A DNA stretch of 64,000 bases, taken from the NCBI GenBank assembly GCA_964016885.1, contig OZ024741.1, positions 345,464,001 through 345,528,000 on the forward strand, in the 5' to 3' direction. This document shows, in pieces, positions 1-11,951 of the stretch (within the stretch, counting starts at the first letter, position 1; each line of letters opens with the position of its first letter). Made by a program: the position numbers and the translations under genes. The notes under the pieces are model-generated. The model was not told the origin of the DNA, ran no database searches, and saw only the letters and a program-made list of their open reading frames with translations. This DNA is from Eledone cirrhosa (Eukaryota).

Positions 1-55
1 ACCGCTCTGCATAACCTGATTATTTACTAGATTTCTATAAGAATATAACATCATT

Positions 56-149
56 GATCTCAGCAGACGGGCGGGGTAGTTGGCCTTGATAAGCTTCAAC
101 AAAAGCGAAACATGTCATGTCGGCTTATCTCCTCCTGTTTGCTGAGATC
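56..149 (+). ncRNA. Hammerhead-like motif (U3-A8 core variant) inside a long hairpin
   Basis: Core TTGATAA (86-92), stem II GCTT/AAGC, GAAA (107-110), palindromic CATG, TC. Stem I is imperfect. Outer stem GATCTCAGCAGACGG/CCTGTTTGCTGAGATC. Confidence 0.55.
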
Positions 150-274
150 GAAGTGAGTGAATTTGTCACTACTTTAAAACAATAGCTTACGGTCTTCAAA
201 ATGCTTTGAATTAAGCATAAAGTGTATTGCAAAATACATTATATTTACATCCATATATATATATATATATATAT

Positions 275-572
275 ATACAATATATTAACAAATGGAAACT
301 ATATTTATAAAACCATATATATTTTATTATACATATTTCAAGGGCCACCAAGGCAAACTATGGTGCGCTTTCATCAGATAAAATACAATACAGATTTGTT
401 TTATAAATAAATATTGACATACCCTGAAGTATAATAAAATATATATGGTTTTATAAATATAGTTTCCATTTGTTAATATATTGTATATTTACTCCACTAA
501 ACTGTTGAGTGCTTTATATCAGTTATAAAATTGTTTAAGCTTGTTGAATCCCAACAAATTAAATATAACCTC

Positions 573-576
<4 letters not shown>
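275..576. mobile_element. Small tail-out palindromic PLE/retrozyme insertion in (TA)n, same family as 39151-40390
   Basis: Inverted arms ~277-340 and ~423-487; the longer tail runs to ~575; (TA)n on both sides; shares AAATGGAAACTATATTTATAAAACCATAT with 39162. Confidence 0.75.
321..384 (-). ncRNA. Type I hammerhead ribozyme
   Basis: Minus strand: ATTTTAT-CTGATGA-stem II (CACCA/TGGTG)-GAAA-TATGTA-TA-ATAAAAT. Confidence 0.85.
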
Positions 577-640
<64 letters not shown>

Positions 641-646
<6 letters not shown>

Positions 647-1155
647 GGCATACGTCAAGACGGGCGGTCTCAAAAGTGAAACTAATTTTTGACAGTTTGT
701 ATGAATTTGTAGGCATATATAGATACATCTACAAATTCATACAAATGTGTATGTGTGCATAAATATATATATACATACACATATATATATATACAGACAC
801 ATATATATATACACACAAACACACACATATATACACACAAACACATATATACACACAAACATATATATACGTCTAAACCCATGCTTGCGTGGAAGATAGA
901 CGTTAAACGATGATGATGACACACACATATATATATATATACAAACACACACATATATATATATACATACACACACACACATATATATATACACACATAT
1001 ACACACCCACACATATATATATATTAAGAAATCCATACAATTGCGTGTGTCTGCATTATACTTTCACTATTGAGACCTGTTGTAAATAAACAAACAAATT
1101 CACAATCGTAACTGTCAAAAATTAGTTTCACTTTTGAGACCGCCCGTCTTGACGT

Positions 1156-1165
<10 letters not shown>
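641..1165. repeat. Inverted repeat (~55-bp arms) between (TA)n tracts, enclosing microsatellite and a SINE-like tail
   Basis: GGCATACGTCAAGACGGGCGGTCTCAAAAGTGAAACTAATTTTTGACAGTT and its reverse complement at ~1110-1161. Confidence 0.8.
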
Positions 1166-1225
<60 letters not shown>

Positions 1226-1932
1226 TATGTATTGTTTGGATAAGTAAACTACCCTGTCACTGATGCAACGGGTAAAGTAATTTTTATCATTTTTTACTGA
1301 ATAATACTCTCATGTGATTTGTTTTAAATATGGTGAAAATGAAGATGAGAAAGCACAAATTAACTCTACCTGAATGTCTATAACGTCCGTTCTCACAAAT
1401 TTGAATTTTGAAGTTTGAAAGGAAGAGGACAAAATGTTTAAATAGACCGACTGACCCTGTGTTTAGTGACTGGGTCAGAGCTTATGAAAACCAACATCTG
1501 TAACAACAACAACAATAGCATCATCAAAACGATAAAAAGTCGAACATTAACTGCCATCACCATTACTTCAGTCAAAACGATCTACGAACATCTACAACAA
1601 CAAGAAGAACAGCAGCAGCAGAACGAACACCAACACCAATATTTACAGCAACAGCATCAAAGGGAACAACACAAACATTTACAACAACAGCAGCATCAAA
1701 ACGATAAAAAGTCATACATCAACTGCCACCACCATCACCACTATAACCACCACTACCATCACCATCACCACCACCACTACCACCATCACCACCACTACCA
1801 CCACCAACATTCAGTCAAAACGATCAAATCTTATGAAAATAACAACAACGATAAATCTAAATAGCAACCCACTAACAGCTTCAATTTACCAACTCTTTCA
1901 AGAGACAACAGTTGCCACATCTATAGTATTAA

Positions 1933-2046
1933 TAATTGTTTCTACTTTTGGCACAAGGCCAGCAAATACTCAGTGCATTACTGGTACTTTATTTTATCGA
2001 CCCCGTAAGGATGAAAGGCAAAGTCAACCTCGGCGGGATTTGAACT
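1933..2046 (-). mobile_element. tRNA-derived SINE fragment (family A)
   Basis: Matches the family consensus ...GGCACAAGGCCAGCAA...GGATGAAAGGCAAAGTCAACCTCGGCGGGATTTGAAC, i.e. B-box GTTCAAATCC on the minus strand. Confidence 0.8.
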
Positions 2047-2071
2047 ATAATATTAATAATAACAATAATAA

Positions 2072-2173
<102 letters not shown>

Positions 2174-2717
2174 ATCGTATGTATGGGTGTCATTAAGTGA
2201 GAAGGAAACTTCTTAAAACCTGCGGTTGAAGCAACTTTCATTCATCTTGCTTCGGCATGTCACTGGACTCTAGTTGCAGATATTCAGTGTGGTACTCGTG
2301 TTGTACAAGCGTCTACCACTATAATATACTGTTGTACAGATGTCTCTTACATCTTTCTTCATCTATCCTATTTCTGAAATACTGCAGTGATAGACGAATG
2401 GTAACATGTATGTTTCTCTTTTTCTTAATTTCGAGTACATTTTTAACCGGCCACCTTCCTGGTGGCAAGGCTGGAAAAGAAAAAAAAATTGTCATCCCTT
2501 GAATCGCAAACATTTTTTGCAAATTTTGAAGGTGGCAGCTATCACAGCCATTTGTAGTCTATGAATTAGGGAGCTGTGCTCTTTGTTTTCCTAAGTGCGT
2601 TTCAGATGGAACGTAGTCAGTGTTGCAGCAAACTTTATTGGCATATTACAATTGTTTCGATATCGATCAGCTCTGGATACAATCAAGGTGACGGGGTCCG
2701 ACTCTTTTTCGATAACT

Positions 2718-2813
2718 TGTTTGTTTATAGATATATGTTAGTCTTTGCACATATAAACTCGCAGATATGCGAGTTTATATGTGCAAAGACTAACATATAT
2801 CTATAAACAAACA
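2718..2813. repeat. Perfect hairpin palindrome, ~46-bp arms, 4-nt loop GATA
   Basis: TGTTTGTTTATAG...AAACTCGCA-GATA-TGCGAGTTT...CTATAAACAAACA. Confidence 0.9.
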
Positions 2814-3399
2814 TATATACCTATATATTCAGTGGCAGGCTGGCCAGGTTGCCCAATGGCAAGTGGGCCGCAGAGGTTCCATAGTAGCACTGCAGGGGCC
2901 CACGGTAGTATTTTAGGGGCCAATGCTTTGCTTTAAAAAGATATCTTTTAAAAAATATCTTAGAGAAAGAATAACATTAAAAAAAAAAAAAAGCAAACAG
3001 GCAAAGCATTTGGTCAAACAATTCTCTAGGGAATTAATAGAAACCAAAATATACGATAGTGTTAACAGCTAGAATCACTGACTTATTGTATTCATTCATT
3101 CATGCATACATACATACATGGACACATGTATGTATATATATATATATTCATACTTACACATACACACGAGCTGCTGGCCAAATCCTTTTTTATATCAATG
3201 GGCAAAATTTTTGATATCAATGCAAAATCAATTAGTGGTTGGTTCTTCAATCTAAAGTCCCTAGGAAGAACGAGTAATGTTTATACAAATTGAAAACATA
3301 TATGTATACATATATGTAAATCTCTATATACACATGTACATGTACACTCACACACATACTCCCATATATATATATATATATATATATTGAGTGAGTGTG

Positions 3400-4160
3400 A
3401 AAGACCAAAGGTCATTATTTAAAGTCTCTAGATGTGTATACTTTTTATTGGAGAAGATAAGAACGATCACTTACATACTGTAACGGAATTCTCCTATCAA
3501 TTACACGGCGAAGATTCGAAACCGAATCTCAGGGTTCTCGCCTCTAAAACCATCTATTGTTTGGAGTTTTCCACCATTGTCCTGTCAAGAGACAACGATG
3601 ATAAACGTATATACCACTTGACCTGTGACCCAGGTTCTTGACAGATGAAACACACATAGCTACTCATAAATCAACCCATATATATATCCTTCTAGCCATA
3701 GGATTATTATAAGTACAAGTGGTTAGGGAATCCACCAGACAGAGAGACCACGAAGCAGCAGTCTGTGAAGGTTAACGATGTAGCAAACCTTTTACTCTTT
3801 CTCTCTCCTGGCCTCAGACTCTCATATTTCATACCAGTTCGGCAATTTGACCAGCTACAGGATAGACACACGCACTCACGCAGTAGGTTTACTTATATTT
3901 TTTCCTACTCTTTCGGCTTCCTGTTATTTCACTTCTATTGTATCGTTTAATTGATACATGCATACACGCTAGCTCGAAGTAGCTAGTCAGCAAATAATGT
4001 AGTGATAATTGCTGTTACAATTTTATTACTCGATATTCAATGTGCCAATTGTTATTGTAAAATAAACATTCTCAACATCACAATTCTGGCTTTATTATTT
4101 TTACCATTCATCTTGAAAAGAATACATTTATCCACTACACAATGGTAACCCCGACATGAT
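3400..4160 (+). mobile_element. Probable gypsy-type LTR followed by tRNA-Trp primer-binding site (left boundary uncertain)
   Basis: AATAAA at ~4062, end ...CCACTACA at 4139, then TGGTAACCCCGACATGAT (4143-4160), 2 mismatches from the tRNA-Trp PBS TGGTGACCCCGACGTGAT. Confidence 0.55.
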
Positions 4161-4325
4161 GTGAAAACACAGCCTTCTCACTACAATACTCTACTCTATA
4201 TAACACTATACTATACATTCACAATTATTCAAAAATTCAATCATAACATTCTGTATTAACATTTAGTATTACTGTATACTGACAGTAATGTGTACAACAT
4301 ATATATACACTATAATTAGAAAACA

Positions 4326-4570
4326 CTAGCAGAAAAACTACCCTTCGGGTGGTTTTCTGCTAGCATGTGTAGTGTGTATATTGATATTATACGCAAGTAT
4401 ATATGCATGTAATATGATCAAATAAAATCGTAATTGACAATATACACAGAAATTGAACGAAGACTGTGTTACACTCTCTTATGTAATCAGTAACGTAATC
4501 CATGATACATTAAAAAAAGACGATATTATATATAAACTGCATTAGGTGAAAATTAGTGACAGAAATATAT
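4326..4570 (-). mobile_element. Helitron-like repeat 3' end (copy 1 of 3)
   Basis: On the minus strand, hairpin ACCACCCGAAGGGT(A/G)GT about 10 nt before terminal CTAG|T; homologous to 19642 and 51654. Confidence 0.65.
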
Positions 4571-5399
4571 GAATATTTATTTAAACGATCGCTAACCGGA
4601 AGTGTTGACATTTGAAAATTTTAAAGAAGTGAATCTTTAAATAAGTAATAAAATATATTTAATGAACAGCCACGAAATTTAGTAGATACATTATGTAATA
4701 TTCATTCATTATTTATTCAAAGTAATCCAACTTATTTTACTAAGGGGATAAAATAATATAAACCGTACGAGTCCCGCGCTTCTTACTTTATTATAGTTTA
4801 GATACACAGTTTTCCGCAGAAATTTGATTGCACTGTTTTGTTTTCACTTATGTATTTTAAAAAAATGTTATTTATTCATTATAAAAATTAAATGATAGCA
4901 TTCTATATATGGGTGGGCCCCCATTATCTGGCAACCAATACTTTTAGACCCAGTCCGCCACTGTATATATTGGCTACAAGTGACAAGATAAGGTTTTGCA
5001 GAAAGAAAAATTGAAACAAAAGATGACAACGAGGCATAAGCATACAGTTTTTGTCAAATACGTACCGGGCGCAGGTCATTCGTCAGCCTGATGGTCTAAA
5101 GAAGGATGTTTGCTTGTCGTTCTCAACATAATGAGGAATTATATACATATTGTGGAAAGAAACTCTCAGGCGAGCTGGACAGCAGAAGTTCTTCAGAGAA
5201 GAAACCCCACCCAAGCGAATGTTTTAGTCCTTAACCTCCAGCAATTTTCCTGTATACATAGCGAATAATAGAACTTTCCTTTTCAAGGGACGCTACTCTT
5301 CGTATCATCCAAGGGAAATAACTGTTAAATGTATACGTAATTGAATTATATTTGTGTTTAGTTATAAGATATACTTAATTCATTCTCTCCTACAATTAT

Positions 5400-5520
<121 letters not shown>

Positions 5521-5529
5521 CATACATAC

Positions 5530-6250
5530 ATACAAGTTTATCTGCATGAGATAGATAAGATCATGAGAGTTGGGAAGGAACTGCTAGAAAGATATTCCCT
5601 GCATGATAATCAAAATCTCACACCCAGGGAAGCTGCCCAGCAGTATCGCAGTGAATCCATGGATGAAAAACTGCATGCTTATCAGCAAAAAATATTGCAT
5701 GGATATGTTACCAGAAAGCTCCAGAGTAATGTAGATAAACAAAGTAGTCTATCTTGGACCAACAACTGCTATATTGGCTCCCACTTTGAAGGATACGCTT
5801 TTGCAATCCAAGAACAGGAAATCAACACGAAATACCTGATTCACAAAAGAGATAGGGATGCAGGCAAAACACATAGATGTGACAACAAGTGTAGACTCTG
5901 CAGAATTAACATCGAAGATGACACCCATGTCATAAGCAGCTGTCCAAAGATGTCATCGCGTACAATCTACCTATGAGGCATGATGTAGTGGCCAAAGCAC
6001 TGTAAAATGCAATCCGTAGAAAAGATAGCCTCGATAATAAACACATTAAAAGTCTCAGCAATGTGGAAGACATCCATGTACATAATATGTAAGAGTACTG
6101 GTGGAATGTTCCAGTAAAAACTCTAATAAAATGCAGGCATACCAGACCAGATATAATATGGGACAGGAGAAAGAAGGCATGTACAGTAGTGGAAGTTATC
6201 TGCCCAACAGATGCCAATATAATATCAAAGATTAGCGAAAAGGAGAATAT
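5530..6250 (+). pseudogene. Non-LTR retrotransposon C-terminal fragment with CCHC knuckle and restriction-like endonuclease (R4/Dong-like)
   Basis: CRLCRINIEDDTHVISSC, then after a frameshift RHDVVAKAL...WWNVPVKT...RPDIIWD...VVEVICP; contains stops and frameshifts. Confidence 0.8.
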
Positions 6251-6323
<73 letters not shown>

Positions 6324-6422
6324 ATAATAATAAAATTGAAGAGTAAAATTCAAAGAGGGCTCGATAAGGATAAATATATATCAAATATATAAGAACCGTA
6401 GAGCAAATATTTATTAAAATAA

Positions 6423-6496
6423 CAGATTAAAGTTTAAGCAAAGAATCGCTGCTTTCACCCTTAACGGGATCTTCTGAAACTAACAAAGTCAATCTG
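6423..6496 (-). ncRNA. Type I hammerhead variant (CAGAAGA core), left arm
   Basis: Reverse complement of 9584-9657. Confidence 0.7.
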
Positions 6497-7322
6497 TAAA
6501 CGCAGAACTGGATATTTCAAAAAACGTTGCAACCGGAGGAAGACAGGAAGACGATACTTTGGTTCGGGGAAACGTTCGCTGGCAAAGAACGGGAAAAAAC
6601 GAATAATACGTCATTAAAAGGAGCGGTGAAAAACAATTACGCGCAAAGACAGAACCACGTTTAGGTATAAAAGAGGTCGTAGACTAATGTTCTCTTAGGT
6701 GGTGCATAGAGACGTTCTCTGGCAATGAACGAAAAAACGAAGATAATAAGTCATATGTGGAGCGTGGAGAACAATAGCACGCAAAGACAAAACCACGTAA
6801 ATGGTATAGCAGAAGTCGTAGACTAAAATTCTAACCAGGAGACCAAATGAATCTACGCTACAGAGTTAAGAACAAAGTAAATAAATACAATACAGAAGTA
6901 ATAAAAATAAATAAATACATACACGCAAACAAATACGTACATACACTAGAATACGCAAAACCTTACCATAGGTATACAACCACGCACATATAAATATGTG
7001 TGTGTGTGTGTATGCTTGTGTTCAAATAAATAAATAATTATATAAACGTATATAAGTAAATAAATACGTATATAACAAGCGCACACACATACCTACATAT
7101 AAATACACGAATGTTCGGAGACGTAAGTCAACTAAAACAAGAAGTACACATACACACACACCCACCATACGTACGAACCTGCATACTCACGCAGACGCAA
7201 AACTCCCGTATACACATAGCCAAACCCTAAATACCAGAATATATAAAAATTATACGCCATAACAATCAAATATACGTACGAGAAGGTATACAACCTTCAC
7301 AAAACATACAGGTAATATATAC

Positions 7323-8140
7323 TTACCTATGCAAATAAGTAAAGGAATAAACAAAACATATACTTAGCTTCCACATCAGGACGTAAAATATCCACGTATA
7401 GATCGTACTATCCGTTAGGGTATAACGTGGGAAAGTTTTGTGCAATTTATGTTTACAAGCCGAAATTGCCTCAGATTTTTTGTTTAAGATGTGGTCTGTG
7501 GCGTAGAGTATTTCCAGAGCCTCAGCGGCGCAGAGGTCACATGGTCTTTTATTTCCGTTATACGATCTAGCCCTAGCTAGGATCTCCCAGTGTAACTTAT
7601 ATTGGGTGTGGTTGTCTTTTAGACTCCAGATATAAGCTGAAAGTGACGTCATATTCCTTCTTAGAGGGTAACGAAAAGAATGGGTATGCATGTAAAGACG
7701 CTGCTTGAAACTATTGGCGGTTAACCCTATGTAGGCCCTACGGGACGTGGATGTTACAACCTTACATTTGTAGACAATGTTACTAGAGAGGCATTTCCCG
7801 GATAGGGGGCAATCAGCCCGATTCCTACAATTACAGTTAGTACTAACTACAGGGTTGCACGTGTTCCTACGGCTAGGTAGTTTAGCTAAATTTGAAGCTG
7901 TGATGTTATGTGCAAGGTTAGGAGTCGTAGAGTAAGAAATTTTAATAGTATTTCTATTAAAAATTTTACTATATTTATGTGTAGGGGGAAAATGCTTCGT
8001 AATAAGGGAAAGAAAGATCTTAGCTAATGGTGTGGGCACCTCCATATTATATGGTGGGTTAAACCAACAAATGCGACGGGATCTATTTCTTCTAGGTCTA
8101 TTTTCGTACTCTGTATATGCTACCTCATCGAAAAATCCAC
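7323..8140 (-). CDS. 5'-truncated PLE ORF: linker plus GIY-YIG endonuclease (Naiad-type)
   Basis: WFNPPY...KIFNRNTIKISYS...CNCRNRADCPLSGKC...IVYKC...YIGLTANSFKQR...H...WEIL...CDLC...LNKKSE...CKH. Confidence 0.9.
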
Positions 8141-8757
8141 TTTCTTACTCTACGACTCCTAACCTTGCACATAACATCACAGCTTCAAATTTAGCTAAAC
8201 TACCTAGCCGTAGGAACACGTGCAACCCTGTAGTTAGTACTAACTGTAATTGTAGGAATCGGGCTGATTGCCCCCTATCCGGGAAATGCCTCTCTAGTAA
8301 CATTGTCTACAAATGTAAGGTTGTAACATCCACGTCCCGTAGGGCCTACATAGGGTTAACCGCCAATAGTTTCAAGCAGCGTCTTTACATGCATACCCAT
8401 TCTTTTCGTTACCCTCTAAGAAGGAATATGACGTCACTTTCAGCTTATATCTGGAGTCTAAAAGACAACCACACCCAATATAAGTTACACTGGGAGATCC
8501 TAGCTAGGACTAGATCGTATAACGGAAATAAAAGACCATGTGACCTCTACACCGCTGAGGCCCTGGAAATACTCTACGCCACAGACCACACCTTAAACAA
8601 AAAATCTGAGGCAATTTCGGCTTGTAAACATAAATTGCACAAAACTTTCCCACGTTATACCATAACGGATAGTACGATCTATACGTGGATATTTTACGTC
8701 CTGATGTGGAAGCTAAGTATATGTTTTGTTTATTCCTTTACTTATTTGCATAGGTAA
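8141..8757 (+). CDS. Inverted copy of the PLE GIY-YIG endonuclease fragment
   Basis: Same protein as 7323-7939 with a few substitutions (e.g. CDLC to CDLY). The N-terminus of track ORF 8032-8757 is antisense read-through of the spacer. Confidence 0.85.
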
Positions 8758-9583
8758 GTATATATTACCTGTATGTTTTGTGAAGGTTGTATACCTTCTC
8801 GTACGTATATTTGATTGTTATGGCGTATAATTTTTATATATTCTGGTATTTAGGGTTTGGCTATGTGTATACGGGAGTTTTGCGTCTGCGTGAGTATGCA
8901 GGTTCGTACGTATGGTGGGTGTGTGTATATGTGTACTTCTTGTTTTAGTTGACTTACGTCTCCGAACATTCGTGTATTTATATGTAGGTATGTGTGTGCG
9001 CTTGTTATATACGTATTTATTTACTTATATACGTTTATATAATTATTTATTTATTTGAACACAAGCATACACACACACACACATATTTATATGTGCGTGG
9101 TTGTATACCTATGGTAAGGTTTTACGTATTCTAGTGTATGTACGTATTTGTTTGCGTGTATGTATTTATTTATTTTTATTACTTCTGTATTGTATTTATT
9201 TACTTTGTTCTTAACTCTGTAGCGGAGATTCATTTGGTCTCCTGGTTAGAATTTTAGTCTACGACTTCTGCTATACCATTTACGTGGTTTTGTCTTTGCG
9301 TGCTATTGTTCTCCACGCTCCACATATGACTTATTATCTTCGTTTTTTCGTTCATTGCCAGAGAACGTCTCTATGCACCACCTAAGAGAACATTAGTCTA
9401 CGACCTCTTTTATACCTAAACGTGGTTCTGTCTTTGCGCGTAATTGTTTTTCACCGTTCCTTTTAATGACGTATTATTCGTTTTTTCCCGTTCTTTGCCA
9501 GCGAACGTTTCCCCGAACCAAAGTATCGTCTTCCTGTCTTCCTCCGGTTGCAACGTTTTTTGAAATATCCAGTTCTGCGTTTA

Positions 9584-9657
9584 CAGATTGACTTTGTTAG
9601 TTTCAGAAGATCCCGTTAAGGGTGAAAGCAGCGATTCTTTGCTTAAACTTTAATCTG
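9584..9657 (+). ncRNA. Type I hammerhead variant (CAGAAGA core), right arm
   Basis: AGTTT-CAGAAGA-TCCC GTTAA GGGT-GAAA-GCA..TGC-TT-AAACT, with stem I extension CAGATT/AATCTG. Confidence 0.7.
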
Positions 9658-9669
9658 TTATTTTAATAA

Positions 9670-9700
<31 letters not shown>

Positions 9701-10066
9701 GTGGTAAAAAGCGAGGAGGCTATATCAGTAGTAAGTAGAGTACATAGTCCATAGGACGAGTCCGGTGTAGAGTTATTTCCACAAGAAATTAGCGGACCAT
9801 CCTCGAGGTGTGTATGCGCGCGTGTGTGTGTATGTATATGTGAATGTTTGTATTTTCATAAACCTCTTCCTAGAGATAACCTTTGGGCTGGTGAAACTAA
9901 TAAGCCGAACAGAGGTCAAGACTGGGACACCAGTCGGACTATTGAAAAATGTATCTGTCTATGAAACCCAGTTATCAGATTGATTGAGGGCTGACCTGAA
10001 ACTACAAAACAATAAAGGATATATTTGGTTTTCGTACCTCTCCCACACCGACACTACTGTATTAGG

Positions 10067-10573
10067 CAGAAATTCTCAAACCTTTTGGGCCACGGCTTCT
10101 CTCGCGGCCACATAATACACCCAGCGCCCCCAACTCTATTTCCAGAGAGATCTGCCTATACGAAAATTGTAAATAATATATGATAAATGAAATCGTTAAT
10201 TTATATATAATAAATAATATAATATATACTACTCAACTCTAATTCCAGAGAGACCTGCCTACACGAAAATTGTAAATGATATATAATAATTTATATATAA
10301 TAAATAATATAATATATATAAATAAATATATTCTTTTTATTTTACTATATTGATATATTAGGTCGCCAAGTATGAAATTTGTTGAAATTTGTTTCTTTTC
10401 TACAAATTTCTACAAATTTCATACTTGACGACTCAACATGATATGTATCATTTGATATTTAATATACTATTATATTATATCTACCCCCTTTACTCTCTTA
10501 GGCCCCCAGCGCCCTCTGGACCTCCTCAAACCCCCTTCCTGGGGAGCAGTAGTGCCCACTTTGAGAACCTCTG
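10067..10573. mobile_element. hAT-Charlie-like MITE, followed by further degenerate hAT ends to ~10715
   Basis: Termini CAGAAATTCTCAAA ... TTTGAGAACCTCTG; internal ~110-bp direct duplication; TCTAGA-type flank on the right. Confidence 0.6.
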
Positions 10574-10789
10574 ATCTAGACCTGCAGTTTTTTTAAACGT
10601 GCCTCTGCAAAACATTTTGGACCAACCACTGGTGGAGAGGGGGGAGGATGTAGCGCCTACTTTGAGAACCTTTAATCTACGGCATAGATCTCCATTATGC
10701 GGCCCGCGGCAAAATAATTTCCGTGACTAATATTTTTCTAAAACTTGGTCATTTGTCGCTGTTTTAATAATGATTTCTGATTTAATAAT

Positions 10790-11375
10790 GGTTTCTGATT
10801 TAGGCACAAGGCCAACAATATTGGACAGCGAGGAAAGTCGATTATATTGACTCCAGTGCATTACTGGTACTTTATTTTATCGATCCCGAAAGGCAAAGTT
10901 AGCCTCGGCAGGATTTGAACTCAGAACATAAAGGGCCATAACTATATACTGTATAGGATGGTGTCCGACGCTCTACCGATACTGCCAATCCATATGGTAT
11001 CTGATTTAGGCTCAAGGCCAACAATATTGGGCGGAGGGGAAAGTCAATTAAATCAACGCTAGTCCGTGACTGGTACATTATTTTATCGTAAGTATGAAAG
11101 GCAAAGCTAACCTCAGCGAGGTTTGAACTCAGAATTTAAAGGGCCGAAACTATATACCGCATAGCATTTTGTCTGACACTACCGATAGAGCCAATCCACC
11201 TTTTTTGTCCCTGTTTTAATAATTGTTTCTACTTTTGGCACAAGGCCAGTAATTACTCAGTACATTACTGGTACTTTATTTCCGTAAGGATGAAAGGCAA
11301 AGTTGACCTCGACGGGATTTGAACTTAGACCGTAAAGGGACGTAACTATGCTGGAAAGCATGGAGTCCGATCCTC
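10790..11375 (-). mobile_element. Three tandem tRNA-SINE copies (family A)
   Basis: Repeated GGCACAAGGCC...GATTTGAACTCAGA...CTCTACCGATACTGCCAATCC modules in the same orientation. Confidence 0.85.
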
Positions 11376-11572
11376 TATAATATTTATTGTACAATTTTAT
11401 TGCAATTTACCCACGAAATACAATAAAATAGAAAACAAAGAATTTATTAAAAGTGAAAACGGAAAAAAGGGAATTTACCAAATGTAAAAATGTAAAAAAG
11501 AAAATTTGAAACGGAAAATGTCTCCTATATTTTGTACTAATTCACATATCCCATTTACTCTCATATGTATAT

Positions 11573-11791
11573 TTATTTTAATGGGGAAAAAAATAGCAGC
11601 CTATTAGCTGTATTGCAGATTAGCATTAAACTGGTGGAAATCATATCCCCCATCATTTCAGTTTTTTTTCCGCTCTGTCTTTTCCCCAGGACGGAATGAC
11701 CCTTTTCAGTACTTGCATTTGTGAACACTTTCTCTAAGGAGACAGACAAACAGTTTGCTATTCTACTCAGTATTGACATTATTCTTCCCAA
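11573..11791 (-). pseudogene. Possible decayed hAT transposase C-terminal dimerisation region
   Basis: ILSRIANCLSVSLEKVFTNAS...KRQS loosely resembles the S.ER.FS..KR motif. Confidence 0.3.
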
Positions 11792-11951
11792 TCACCCTAT
11801 GTACAGTTATTTCCCTTGAAAGAAACAATAACAGTTATGTCCCCTGAATTTGCTTTTAATTTCTCTTTTCAAAAGTCATATTTAAAACTATAGATATTTT
11901 CTTTAACATTTCACAGATATATATTAAAAGTTATTTATATGCCATCAAATT

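Larger units (their letters stand above)
2830..4963. mobile_element. Non-autonomous hAT-type DNA transposon with nested insertions
   Basis: Imperfect TIRs CAGTGGCAGGCTGG / CCCAGTCCGCCACTG and identical 8-bp TSD TATATATT at 2822-2829 and 4964-4971. Confidence 0.8.
6320..9672. mobile_element. Penelope-like (Naiad-type) element as a ~3.3-kb tail-out palindrome in (TA)n
   Basis: Near-identical inverted arms ~6408-7939 and 8141-9672; the 200-bp spacer continues the minus-strand ORF; each arm has GIY-YIG, 3' region and hammerhead; (TA)n at both ends. Confidence 0.92.

Noticed and set aside
1466-1864. 132-aa poly-Q/poly-H ORF resembling a transcription-factor N-terminus
   Set aside because: Built from CAA/CAC/CAT trinucleotide repeats with a repeated TCAAAACGAT motif; GTG start, no domain, no clear splice context
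8032-8140. Signal-peptide-like N-terminus on the GIY-YIG ORF
   Set aside because: It is the antisense reading of the spacer belonging to the minus-strand copy, not an evolved leader
8757-9672. SECIS element, since some Naiad PLEs are selenoprotein-coding
   Set aside because: No in-frame TGA in the retained ORF and no convincing ATGA..AA..GA stem seen by eye; SECISearch would be needed
9885-9925. CTGGTGA..GAAC hammerhead-like string
   Set aside because: Two core mismatches and weak stems
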